Shown: piece by piece, positions 36,836-49,661 of the stretch
Numbering within the stretch: position 1 is the stretch's first letter
How the letters are laid out: every line of letters begins with the position of its first letter
Source of the DNA: Gordius albopunctatus
Taxonomy: Eukaryota
DNA length: 64,000 nucleotides
Direction of reading: 5' to 3'
Assembly: GCA_964276515.1 (NCBI GenBank)
Contig: OZ193909.1
Location: forward strand, 1,364,001-1,428,000
The notes under the pieces: generated by a model
What the model was told of the DNA's origin: nothing
Databases searched by the model: none
What the model saw: only the letters and a program-made list of their open reading frames with translations
Translations under genes and position numbers: made by a program

Positions 36836-38536
36836 AGGGGAGACCGGGGCCTAAATGGCCATAAAAAATTAAATCACGATTTAAAAAAAAACTAATAAAG
36901 TTTTTTATAATTTTTTTATTGGAATACTTTTTTATAGTCTATTTCTAATATAAGAGAAAAAATTGATAAAGAAGTGCTTATAGTTTTTTTCATAAATTGA
37001 GTTTAAAAAAATCCTAGAAATTTCAAAAGTGCCCGGGGTTAGTTATAGCTGTGTTCAGGGGATAGATTAACTCTGAAGTTTTAACTTCTTAATAGTGTAT
37101 GCTAACTTAAATCAATAAAAATATTGTTAAATTATATAAAACATAGAAAATTTAAATGTAATATGATTGTATTTTATATAATAAAAATAAAAAAGGTTTA
37201 AGATAACAATCTGACTTAAGTACACCTAAAAGACATATTCTGCTATGTAAAAAAAGTTTTAGTCGTTTTTTAAGTATAATCATAGTCTATTTCTATTCCT
37301 AATTACACTAAGTTAAATTATAAACAAGATTTTTGTTTTTTAAATTTTTTCATTTGTAAGGCCCAATGAAAAATGGCTATAACTAGCCCCTCTCCGACTA
37401 GCCCCGACCCCTATTTTTATGAACAATTAATAATTGAACATGTTATATTGTGAATAAAAATTTAATCATTAGGAGGTTTTTATATAAAAAATATCCCTTT
37501 ATAATATAAAACTTAAATTAGTCCAATATATAAAGCCAAAAAAATTTTATGTGCAAAATACAAAATTTTGTCAAGGCTACTAATAGCCCCAAAAAATCGT
37601 TTTTACTCTATAAAAAATGTAAATTTTATTTTATACTAGCTGTGCCCGGCCAAGCGTTGCTTTGGCTCAGTCCTTAAGTGGTTAAATAAGTATAACCTAT
37701 TAATAAGACTACTCATCTAAAATGGGGTCATATATGAAATAATAATTCAAATAAATAAATAAATATCCATAATATTTATTTAGACCACGAATTTTATCAA
37801 GTCGTGCATTTTATGAACCCACTATTTTTAGTATATATATAATAAGACAAACCATATGCGAATTCTGTTTTAGTCATCAAATCCCACTAAAATTAAATAT
37901 TTTTGAAAAAATTACCACTATTTTATTTTTCTAGTTAGCTGATTTATTTGAAATGCAATCTTCTTTAATATAATAAAATAATTAATTGAAGGATGGATAA
38001 TTATTAAAAATATGCTTCTATGATCGACCACGTGATAATAATTTAAATATTATTTATTTAATTTAAATAGTTTGTTAAACCCCAATAATTTTGACCGTAG
38101 ACTGTAACATTTTTATTATACTTTTAAATATCTAATTCGAGAAAACTTCAGCCTTGTATGTATGACGTCATTATTGTATATGCTGCTATAAATTAAACTG
38201 GCCGGGAAATGTGCGATATTTTTAAAACTAAAAGGAATTTTAGGATTCTGAAAAAGCTATTTTACCCCTGGCTGCCCTGGGCATCTACGGCTAAATTTTC
38301 GCGCGAATCGGGCCGGTAGTTTCAGAGATTAGCCCTTACATACATACACACATATATATATATATAGATATACATAGACTTTACTTTATATATATAGATT
38401 AAAAAGATATTTTTTACTTAAACCTTATGAAAAAATAAACATATGGCTTAAATTTTAATAATATATCATTATTATTTTTAAAAATAATTACAAATATAAT
38501 AGTAACCCCGCGCTACGACTAGCCTCGGTCTCCCCT
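36836..38536. mobile_element. Non-autonomous DNA transposon with AGGGGAGACCG terminal inverted repeats
   Basis: Left aggggagaccggggc, right gcctcggtctcccct; flanked by accat on both sides (TSD length ambiguous: TA, CCA or ACCAT). Confidence 0.8.
37636..38398 (-). mobile_element. Non-autonomous Helitron nested in the TIR element
   Basis: On the minus strand it begins TC, ends CTAG and sits between A and T. It has a subterminal hairpin (gccaagc-gtt-gctttggc) and an internal TA/CATA microsatellite, as in Lep1-like Helitrons. Confidence 0.8.
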
Positions 38537-38783
38537 ACCATTTAAATAATTAACTTTTCGTCAAACTTATTTTATATACTACTTATATTAATTTATAAAA
38601 AAGTAAAACAATAACTTCCATCTATTTTTGCAAAAATAACGTTTTGTGCAACTATTAAAAGTTGCAACAATCGGTTTTCTCGGTTAAGATTTGATTACAA
38701 AAAAATGTAAAGTGTTGTAAAGTTTTTATATAAAAATGATGAAACATCATGCAAACATATTGGGAATTTGTTGTGCTTAAAGA

Positions 38784-39115
38784 ATGCTCTTCGCTAAAGT
38801 GATTTGCGTAGTTATCATTCAGACTGCATTATTCAATTTTTGTCATTTAAGCGAAGAGCTAATTGACAAAGTGTTGCGCAATTGTCCGACTGTTTGTGCC
38901 AAGTGTGTCATGAAAACCCTAGATCAAACGCTTAAGGACTTACTAGTGTGCGTGAATGAATGTTTCAAGACACGTGGTCTTAGCATAAATGAAGGTAAGA
39001 TAAATATACAATCATAATTTTACATGCCATATGTAATTTTGATTATGAAAAGGAAAACCTCGTTTGTTATTTTGACCCTGAATTCCCTATTAAAATAGAC
39101 TGTTCCTTCCTATAG
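38784..39115 (+). CDS. Secreted six-cysteine peptide precursor, eclosion-hormone-like (exons 38784-38994, 39099-39115; 75 aa)
   Basis: Hydrophobic N-terminus, then C-x3-C-x2-C-x14-C-x3-C. A strong donor (aag|gtaaga) spliced to the aatag| acceptor adds D-C-S-F-L-stop, supplying a sixth Cys at x11. Confidence 0.7.
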
Positions 39116-41588
39116 AGGTAGACTACATGACTCATAATATATTATAGTTGATATTTATAGATAGTATCATAGGGTGTAATTTATTGACCAATTTATAAAA
39201 TTTACATTTTGACCTTGATGATTGTAATCTTTTCCTCTTATTCGCTTCATAGATCACATGAGATCATTACTAAATGCCTCCCTCATTTTAAAAGGCGGAT
39301 TTTTGGTTCATTAGTTATTTCTAGTTGATTTAAGTTAACATGTCATTTTGGTCCACTACCATTTAAGTTGAAGTTCATAATAAACATAATTTTAATGCTC
39401 GACTGTTATAATAGAATGATAAGTTAATTTGAATCTTTAATATGAGTGCAGCTTAGATGGTTGCTCGGTTTTAACTTTCAGCCTTTTAAGTTTCTTTTTA
39501 CTAGTTTTTTAAAACTGATGGGTTTTGCTTGATGGACCTTTGGTTTCCTCTATTTTTTTAGTCGACCTCTAGGATTAGTCGAAATGTGAATAGCATACCA
39601 GAAGGAACCATTTATCTTAGTAAAATCAAAGGTCTACCAAACCGAACCCAGTCTTGTATTACTTGTATCATAGCTACTCTTAGCTGAGTAATTATGAAGT
39701 GAACATATATAGTTTAGACGGTCGCTCAATGTATAAAAACTTGGTTTTGGGACATGTGGCGTGATAGATAATTATTTCTAAAGGATTGTTTATTTTAATA
39801 ATAAGCATAAAATATTTGAAATAAAACCAATATTGAATAGTTTATAAATTACCGTCTTAGATTTAACCAATCGTTTAACGTAGAGTTTACAAATAATTTA
39901 AGGAATTGATTGGCAAACTTACACTTTAAAGAAATTTAACGCATCTGGGAAGTTTATTTTAGAACACCTTAACAAAATTTTAAACACTTTAGGTATGTTT
40001 AAATTAGTAAAATTAAATAGATCCCTTACCTTTATTTTATTCGATCACATCACGCATACAATGTAACATACATACTAACTAATGATAATTTTATTTTGTA
40101 ATAAAAAGTAACAACTTGTTCATATTGTGTGCAATAATTTAGAATTTGCTTTAACATGTTAGCAAAAAGAAATAACACATTTAAGCATATATTTTTTCCA
40201 AATCGAGATTTTATACAATAAAGTTTATATTGTTATCAGTATTCTGCAAGCCATGTTTCTAAAGTTAATAACCTATAAGAAATATCATTAAGTGTAATCG
40301 TTAAACAGTTTGTCTCATTCCTTATTTTTATAATACATAAATATTTGACCATAAAACAAAGAAATTGTTACAATCTTTTAACAATATAGATTTTAAAATT
40401 TAAGCTATTTCTAGATTTAACGGCTTTATAAGGTCTATTCTAATTTAGAATAACTTCTTCTTGAAATATTAAAACCTAATGTTTTTTATTTGCTAGGAGC
40501 AAAAATCTAATTTCAAAATTTGATTTTGAATATGATTTTTAGTAATAAAGGGTAGTTGATAATATACTAAAACTTTTGATTGAAATTAAACTAATAGCAA
40601 TATCACTAGTATACAAAAATATGACAACAATATGAATAGGGCGATGCAAAATAACAGTTACACATAATTGATTGAGTTGTCAAGTCGTGATAATAAGTTT
40701 TCGCAATTTAAGATTAAAAAAATCGATATATGGATAGAATCTATCCTGATTTGGATGGAAATAATAAAACCAATACTATTCTCTACGTGTGTGGACTTAA
40801 CAGATCGATACCACTAAACCTTTATAATAACATTCCTTATAACTGCCAAAAAAGAGGATTTAATCAACATTTTTGCACATATTTTTTGTGAAAAGTACTG
40901 AAAAATTGATTTCAAATATGATGCCATATAGCAGAAAAATGACTACTAGTTGTATAGAAGCACAATCAATAATTTTGCATTTATCTAAGGGACAATAATC
41001 AATATTTTATTTATTACTAAAATATTTAGTTATGTATTTTGTACTTTGGTTAAGATGAACAAGTTAGTCACAACTCCTATTATTAAATATTTTGGAACGT
41101 GTATGGCGACGCTATACAAATTATGAATGGCAAAATTAAAAAATTAGGAGCAACCTTTATAGATTTTATTTCGCATAAAATAATTATTAAAACTGACACA
41201 GTTTTGTTAGATCCTCATTCGATGCCATTTACACCCTATCTAAGGTCCATTACTTAACCTATACAGATTAATTTAAAAAGAGGGACACTTTTATAACTGT
41301 ACTGCCTTTATATTTAATTTAGGGTGTACGCTTCCTAAGAAACCCAACACAATGGAGGAAGTGAGTTAAGCTGTACCAGTCGACAAGACCAAAATAAAGG
41401 CATGTGAAGACCTCCTTATATATGTATTTACTAGAAATTGTTTATGAAAAAATTGTAGAGATGCTTAAATAAAGGAATGTGTCGTTTTTTACAAATGCGA
41501 ATAGTTTTACAATCACGATTTTTAAATATTTAATATACATCATTATGATGTTATGCGTTAAAAATGGTATTGCACGTATTTGGATATT

Positions 41589-42251
41589 TCATTTATGGTA
41601 TATAGCTTCATTTTCGAGCCCACCTTCTTCCTCCATCTTGGTGAGGAATTTAATGATTCTATTTTCTCCTTCCGACTGCCTCGCCATGTCCGCTATGTCT
41701 ATCAATTTTTTGACGCCGATGAAGCATTTAGAATCTTGAATCTTTTTCGAGATTCTATCTAATTCGGCGGCGTCAAAAAAGTCTAAAACTTCCAGCACGT
41801 TTATGACTTGCTGACCCGTCGTTATGTTGAAGACGTGGATGGTGGTGGTAAAAGCGGCTATCATGCCCATCTCGTCCAAAACTCTCCCTACGCTCGTCGT
41901 TCCCAAGATGAGAAGTTTATGGCCTTTGGGTGGTTCTTTCTTCAGTAACACCAAAAGAGTTTGCAAGACCAAGTTGGAGTAGCGCGGTCCTATGGCCCCG
42001 TATTCTAACAATCTTTCTATATCATCGATCACTATGCAACTGATTTCCGATTTATAAGCATCGTCGAATATTTTTTTAATGTGTTGACACTTGGCCGATT
42101 CTGTGTATGCAATCGTATCCTCGGGACTGCAAATTTTAAGGAAGGGAAAGTCCGAAGCTATAGCCATTTTGGACGCCAAGGCCGTCTTACCGCTACCAGG
42201 AGCACCTTCCAACAGAACGCTCACTATGCATTTGCCCTCGCTATTTTTTAC
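41589..42251 (-). CDS. NSF: NSF coding exon 2 (D2 domain)
   Basis: ttatag acceptor, phase 0; GAPGSGKT, DDIERLL, FIGVKKL. The spliced product is ~747 aa, a typical NSF size. Confidence 0.96.
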   Translation of the reverse strand, partial: VKNSEGKCIVSVLLEGAPGSGKTALASKMAIASDFPFLKICSPEDTIAYTESAKCQHIKKIFDDAYKSEISCIVIDDIERLLEYGAIGPRYSNLVLQTLLVLLKKEPPKGHKLLILGTTSVGRVLDEMGMIAAFTTTIHVFNITTGQQVINVLEVLDFFDAAELDRISKKIQDSKCFIGVKKLIDIADMARQSEGENRIIKFLTKMEEEGGLENEAIYHK

Positions 42252-42576
42252 CTATAAACGGATAAACGCAGAATAAATATTTATTAGTCCAACATAGACG
42301 TCTAGTTGCGCAAAAAAAACTGTGAGTTCTTAAAACAGAAAAACAGATTAAAATTGAAATCTATTTGCATCATAAACTAAGAGTTGAGAAACTATATTTA
42401 AAACGATCAGCCTAGAGTAGTTACATAAATTTTAATATATTTATCAATGGTCTTGTGAATTCAATGAAGTTGGAAAAATAGTAAAAAACCAAGATAATTT
42501 TTATACGTAAAATAAATTTAAATTTGTCAACCCACGTAGAACAAAATAATGTAAAAATGATAAAATGTCAACTGAC

Positions 42577-44157
42577 TTGTTGAGCAAAGAGTTCACCATC
42601 TTCTAAAATTTCGGTTATCACTTTGCCCCAAGTTATGATACCGTGAGATATGTAACCTTCGATTTGTTCGAAACTAGCCCCAAAACTGGGTTTGATGTCA
42701 TTTTCCAACGCATTCAAAAAGTCATCCATCGTTACCACTACCTTTTCCATGGCTTCTGGATCGACTAGAACCTTATTGGTTGCTTTAATCAGTCGATTCA
42801 AAGCCGAGGATTGAGCTGCCCTAACTAAACCCTCTATTTCGGCGCCGCTGAAGTTTTTAGTGAGGGCAGCCAATTTTTTCAAATCCACGTCGGGCGCCAT
42901 CTTATTGTATTGCCTCATAGTGGCTGTATGAATTTTTAGGATTTGTAATCGACCCTCTTCATTAGCCAAACCAATTTCCATTTGAACCTCTAAACGACCG
43001 GGCCTGAGTAGGGCTTCGTCAATCATATCCTTCCTATTGGTCATCCCAATGACCAAGATGTTATTAAGTTGGTCTACCCCGTCTATTTTAGCCAGCAATT
43101 GATTTACCACTGTGTCGTGAACACCGGTGTTTCCTGCAACAGAACCTCGAGCTTTGCAGATGGCATCAATTTCATCAAAGATTATTATGTGTAGACCACT
43201 TTGGGAACCAAGTCTTTTTTCTTCCTCTTCCGCAGGGGCAAATAGTTTCCTTATGTTAGCTTCTGATTCACCAACATATTTATCCAAAATTTGTGGACCA
43301 TTAACTATGATAGGCTCTCGTGCATTCAACATTTTACCAATTTGTCTAGCCATAAGTGTTTTGCCAGTACCAGGAGGTCCATATAAGAGTATTCCTCTAA
43401 CGTGCTTGCCCCCAAGTTGTTCAATCACTTCTGGTGGAAATACTCTTGATGCAAATGCCCTCCTGAAAATAGCTGAGAATTCCTTGTCCAGTCCACCTAT
43501 GCCCATTTTTTGAAAATCCCAATCAGGGTTTATAATAGATTGATGGGCTACCTTTCCTTTAGATTTTCCAGTTAGAATTATGGAGGAACCTTCACCTTTG
43601 TCAAATGTTATAATTGAATTTGCCATCAAAGCACCAATATTTTGTTTCTTTGTTACAAAGCTTTTGTCACTCTTATAGTTTGATAGATCAGCACATTCAA
43701 TTTCTTTAACAATAATTGATAATAACTTCTTATCCATAAAATTGTATACAATTTGTTCACCAACAGAAAAAGCAACATTTGCAAATTGCATTAGAAAGTC
43801 ATTGGCCATTTTATCGGAATCAAATGGTTCTTGCACTGCTGCTTTTTTGCTCCAGAAATCTACATCTAGCTTCATTTGGCTAATATATTGAGAATTTTGT
43901 TGAAACTTATAGACCCGTACATCTATTAAGCTTTCGATAGAAAGATTGGCCCATTTTCTATGTGGAAGAGAAAAGGCAATGTTGCCAAGCTGGACGTCAA
44001 CCACCTTGCGTATACTAAATACATACCAACGATTACAAGAATTTATCTCAACGTAATGCACATTTTCGGGAAATTCTTTGACGTTAACAACAGCACAATT
44101 AGTATAGGTTAAATTATCGGTGGGAATTTTAACAACACGTAGTTTTCGAGTCTCCAT
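42577..44157 (-). CDS. NSF: NSF vesicle-fusing ATPase, coding exon 1 (N domain + D1)
   Basis: [26 protein letters not shown], Walker A GPPGTGKT, Walker B IIFDEID, LLRPGR; donor caa|gtcagt. The start may instead be the upstream ATG at 44211. Confidence 0.97.
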
Positions 44158-45931
44158 ATGATACAAGGAAATTAAAGTCTGGTTGGTACATTGGGTTAAA
44201 AATGGATCCATTATAAATATTTGGCAGGCGGTCTAAACACAGTTACTTTAAAAAATGGTGTTTACAAGTATCACGCAGAAAAATAATTATATTTTAGCAT
44301 TTTCATAATATAATTTAACATATATGTTCTTATCTCTTGTAAATTTCCTACAATTAAAAAGAAAACCCATATTAATTTTTAACATTACCCAAAACGAAAT
44401 TGCATTCTCATCATTGGCTTAGGGAGGGGGTGGTTTTTGGGTTAGGGTTTGATTTTCAATTTATATAATTTTTACATTGTATATTTAATAAAAATAAATA
44501 TTTGTTGGAATTTTACTTTTAGCATTTTATGATTTTTACGCTATTGTCACTTTAAAATTTTAGGAAAAAAGCATTTTTATCCAAAAAATCACCTTGAAGA
44601 TTTTTTTTAACAACCCCTCAAGAAAATCCTAGTTACGCCTATGATTCCAATTAAACATTTTATAAAATAATTAATTACCTGATGCCATATAGTATGATAT
44701 ATTTGATAAGTTTTAATTATTGACAAATGTCATGATCATAAAACGTTATTTGCAATTGGATATTAATCCATTTAAACTAAAATTTAGATATCTATGCTAT
44801 TTTACCCTCCTAAAAGCAATGTAGCTCATTAATTAAACTAAAAATTAATCTTTCTACCTTTTAATCTCTAAGATTTTGTTAGGTTATTTTAAAAACCTCT
44901 AATAATTTTTGTTGCAATATATTTCTGCATATTAAAGTAGTCTTAATATTATTAAAAATCTATATATTCTTTAGGCAATTAATTGATTACATTTAATATT
45001 GGTTATAGATATATATACTAAAGGCAAAGTGGTGCATTTTCATCGTTTGAATATCGTTGCTAATATATCGAGTTTAATTCATAAAATTTTATTAAAAACA
45101 AAATCCGTAGCTTGTCGTGTATGTGATTCACAACGAAGAGAAAAATTGGTAAGGGGAATAGGTAGCAAGCAGGCTGAAGAGAGAAGGTGGATTAATCACC
45201 GCAGATGATGGGAAGGGATATGGAAAATTAGAACAAAAACCATAGTACTGGTGACAAAAGGAGAAATGAGGAGAGATAAGAGCTGACAAAGCGAAAGACA
45301 AGAGGACAAAAGTGGGACCATGAAATATTAAAAACAACTGCCATGAAATCTTGGTTGAAAAAAAGATTTTTCGATAAATGATTTTATCGTAATATTGTAT
45401 CGCAAAATAAATACTAGACGAATTCTCTATATGAAATTTAACTTTGGTATATTTATAATTACTATATGCTTAATCCTTTACCCATAAAAGCTTTGTTTGA
45501 TTTATTACATCTGCTAAAGCATGTAAACAAACGTATTAATTTAAAGGCAAAATTTTTATCTTAATTTGGAATAGTGTGATTATGGATAAAATCCTCTTGT
45601 AAAGCTTAAATTCCAATTAATTATTGATACACGATTTGTTTAAATTTCAGCATAATTAATGTTTACACGATGATATATATTGAGTCAGGGTTTGTTTTAA
45701 ACTAAGTACATGAGCCGATATATCAAATATTGAGTTAGTGTTACAATAACAATTGAATGAGTGTTGGACACGTAAAGGCATCATACAAAACACGTTTAAA
45801 ATGAACAAACACAATACATGGGAAAACGCGAAGTTCGGGAATAAATAGAGCGATTTGTTGGGTAAGTATGTTAGGGACCAGATATTTTTGATGAAGGTCT
45901 CAAGGTAAAAAGAAGAGGAAGAAGAAATTTT

Positions 45932-48900
45932 CTATACACGAGGAGCAGGGGGAGGTGGCGGAGGTCTGGAGCGTTGTTTCTGTTTATTAGCTGCACCTAA
46001 AGACATAATTATAGTGAATTAGTTATAATAATGGGCGTAGCCAAGAAGGGGTGGGGAGGGTCAGCTGGCCCCCTCTAAATCCAAAAATTTGTCGAAATTT
46101 CAAAAAATGATCATGCGCCATTCCTAAATCATTATTGCCCCCCCCCTCTAATCCCAATGATGGCTACTCCCATTGTTATAATGTTGTGTTATCTATAATT
46201 ATGATTTTCGTTACTTTTGCTAGGGTATAGCTTCAACGCATCGCTATAGTAATGCGGTTGAGAAAAGTGGTGCATAGGGTTAAATGGGAATCGGCGTTCA
46301 AACTCGTCAGCTACATAATACCAAGGATAAAAATTTTGTTAAGCAACTTTCGAACAATTCAGACCAACAATATATAAAATTGCAATTAATAAAAATGGGA
46401 AATATTAATATAGCTAAGGATATTATTTATTAAAACTTTCATAATAACGTCATCGAGGACACACCGAGTCCAAGCAAATTAATCAAGGCATAATAACTTA
46501 ATATATAATTTGGATGATCCTTAAATCTTTCGAGTAGTATGATTTACAAAGTAGAGATTGCGACACTAGCTTTAGGTTATTAACTCCTTAGGGAGCAAAA
46601 TGACCCAGCTACTTCTTATAAAAAATACTTGATAACTCACCCAAAGACTGAACGCTGAAGGACGGAGTCATGCCAGCAGGCGTGACAGCCTTGGTAGGCC
46701 CGTTACAGACCGGGAGGTTCGGGCCGCTTTGAGACATAAAATCTGGCAAGGGCTGACGTCTAGAGGGAGTGGGTGGAATGGGCTTATGATTGATGACTGG
46801 TATAGCCGTGATGGATTGGGAACGATTTAGATCGGGTCTAGCTGTATGCGTGCCTATAAACCGGAATAAATAACGTTTACTAAGGTAAACTAAAATGTCC
46901 GTAGCCTAATTGACAAAATATATGATGAGTAATTCAATCTCAATCCACGATACCGGAGTAGCATCATTTTGGGGTAACTAAAGCAGCATTTATTCCAACA
47001 AGAAGTATTTAATAAATAACTAGGTTTCCCCGAATCACCCCCTTTGCCACATCTCTACAATCATACCACCCTGAGATAATAATCTTGATATCGGTAGTCA
47101 GCCTCGCAGTATGTTATTTATTAAGCAACGATCAATACACCATTTCTCATGTAAAAAAGCAACTCGTAGGACATGGAAAAACTCAAGTTTTTTGTCGTTT
47201 GAAAATCAACTCTTCCTTACTAAAGTTTTTGGCTTGGATCCCATCGTTATAGTCGTGGGGTGTGTGTTGATGATTAAGGGTGGCACCAGGGTTACACTTC
47301 GTAGAGCGGTCTAAGGGGGGTGGGGGCACTGGTTGGGGCGATTGTGATAGAGGCGGAGGGGCATCGAAACAATCTCGAGAACACAAATTTATTAAGGAAC
47401 GGTTCCGGGCTGGCAAGGAGGGAGGAACGGGTTCGGAACGACTTAGAGTTAACGACGGGGAATGAGGGGCTAAGCTTAAGGCGCTAGTGGAGACGGGTAA
47501 AAAGTTTGAAAAATTTGTGCCCCGACCGGGGATCGAACCACCCACCGGGGGAGGTGGTGGTCTGGTGGCGAGCCGTCTCAACGTTGGGGGTTTTTTAGGC
47601 AAAGGAGGCGGTAGAGCTCCACCCCCGGGAATTTCAGGTCGTATTTGAGGGGTAGGACGCCTCCCAAGTGTGGCAAATTTAGTGGCGCGGGCGGATTCCA
47701 AACCCCGATCAACTGATGACCGGCTGATCGTCACGTGGTCGGTGAGGTCGTCGACCCCTTGAGACACTTGATCGCCCGACGTCGTTACTACAAATTGAAC
47801 AATCAATCGAAAATTCTTATTTTATTTTAAAAATTTATTAAATTTCTAAAGTTTTTCACTCATATCTTTAAAAAAACTAAATTTTGCATCCCAAAACTTA
47901 TAGTGTTGTGGTTTGTAAAAATGAAAACAACCAGAGTTTAACGTTATTAACATTAAAATAAGGAGAAAATCAAATTTTATAAAAATCCATAAGGATCGTG
48001 GATACTAGCCTGATCAGTGTTTAATAATTTTCCTTTCTATAACAAATAATTGGATAGATGTCGCTAACTCATTTCCTACTTTTGCCAGGTGATTTCCTTA
48101 AAGCCTGGATAGGTCCCCCTTTAACTGGCAGATTGTTTGCCGAATGGGCAGGACTAGGCGTGGTCGAAAAACGCATTTTGCTTTCCAGCATAGATTTTAG
48201 GTCTCGCATGCACAGCTGATCGTCGTCAGATTTGGCGGGAGATGATCCGTTGGAATTGGCGGGAGATTTTCCGTTCACCGGTCCAACCTTAATTTTGGTG
48301 GCAGGTTCCTTAGTTGGAATGGCTAAGTTAGTAGTTTGGCCCGATGCTTTACGACCATTACCGTTGTTACTCCCTATGAAACATGCAAGTTTAATTAAAA
48401 AAATTTTATTAATTTTTTTTACAAGAATCAATTGTATTTTTGAATAATATAATTCAATTTTAGAGTTCTTCAAAGTTTTTTAGGGTATATATTGCTACAC
48501 AAGGTTTAGAAAGGGAAGCGAATGAGTTAAATTTCAAATGTATTATAATTTTTTAGCCTCATTACGGAGACACAATAATCACAATTGTATTAGCGAGTGT
48601 TGTAATGCCAGCCAGCTGGGTTTTGTTCGGTTGACCTTTGGTTCAACTAGGACTAACGGTCCACTTGGGCCTCTTTTTCGATTTTCGACTAAGTGGAGAG
48701 GTCGACTTGGAGCCCAGCCGTTTTTACAAAATGAGTACTCAGAATTTGGGAAGGGGAAAAATAATAATATTTTGTGTAAAAATTGAAATGAATTTTCAAG
48801 AAAAATTAAAAATTTATCGAGATGAGTGAGAGGGACAGTTGCCCCGCCCACTTTTTAATTCTTTAATTTTGAGCATAGTCCATGTTCCTGGAAATTGCAG

Positions 48901-49661
48901 CTCTTATATCCAAACATTTTTTCATTCAACAAAAAACGAGAACAACCGATTAAATTTTAAATCAGCTGATGTTAGAGGGGTGATCGAAAGGTAGCGAGCC
49001 CTGAAATGCCTACCGTTCGTCATTAAAATGGGAGCGCTCCGGTCTTGCACCGTTTTGACGGGTTTGAGGGACTTGCCCTTCTGGATTTGCAGCAGCAAAG
49101 CCGAACGATCTAGGGGCGAATTAGCTTTGCTACCCACCGAATTCTGATATAAGAGCAAAAACGATAAACAACAACAAACAATGACGAAAGATAAAAACCG
49201 GTGATGATATAGATCCTATTTATTTGAGTGGTTTAAGTCTAAAATCATTGCTAATATCATTACTTGCACCGTTGCAGACTGGGGGAGAGCTGATGATATT
49301 CTCATCTGCAATGATGCTTTAGGGACGGGCATTCTCAATTTCCGCCCTAATTTTAATAAATTACAACAAATTTTTGGATTTATAGGGGGGCCGCCCCTCT
49401 CCTGCTTTGCTATCTCAAAAGTCCACATAAAATGGCGGACAAAGTGGCCGAATAAATTTCGAAGCGAAAAAAGTCAGTGGTTTGGGGTGGTCGAGACCCC
49501 ATTTCATTTCTCTTACGAATCGCCATTTAAAACGGCGACCCAAAACGAATGAATAAAATGAAATTTAACAAAGGTCGAGCAAATCATACCGTCTGGCCGA
49601 ACATTTTATTGGTCGGAATTTTAGGAAGACCACCGGGCGGGGGCGGTGGTGGGGCGGGCAT
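45932..49661 (-). CDS. WIP: WASP-interacting protein / verprolin family
   Basis: Exons 49590-49661 (MPAPPPPPPGG), 49014-49143 (WH2: RSALLLQIQKGKSLKPVKTVQDRSAP), 48080-48373, 47221-47787, 46641-46853, 46215-46310 (WASP-binding DEFERRFPF...LYPSK) and 45932-45996 (RPPPPPPAPRV*); all phases are compatible. Confidence 0.88.
46030..46174. mobile_element. hAT-type MITE in a WIP intron
   Basis: TIRs aatgggcgtagcca / tggctactcccatt with perfect 8-bp TSD gttataat; related copies near 6314, 20598 and 26225. Confidence 0.8.

Noticed and set aside
44679..44688. ATG GCA TCA G|gtaatt as NSF first coding exon
   Set aside because: The phase-1 donor is out of frame with NSF at the nearest acceptor (~44232); at most a 5' UTR exon.
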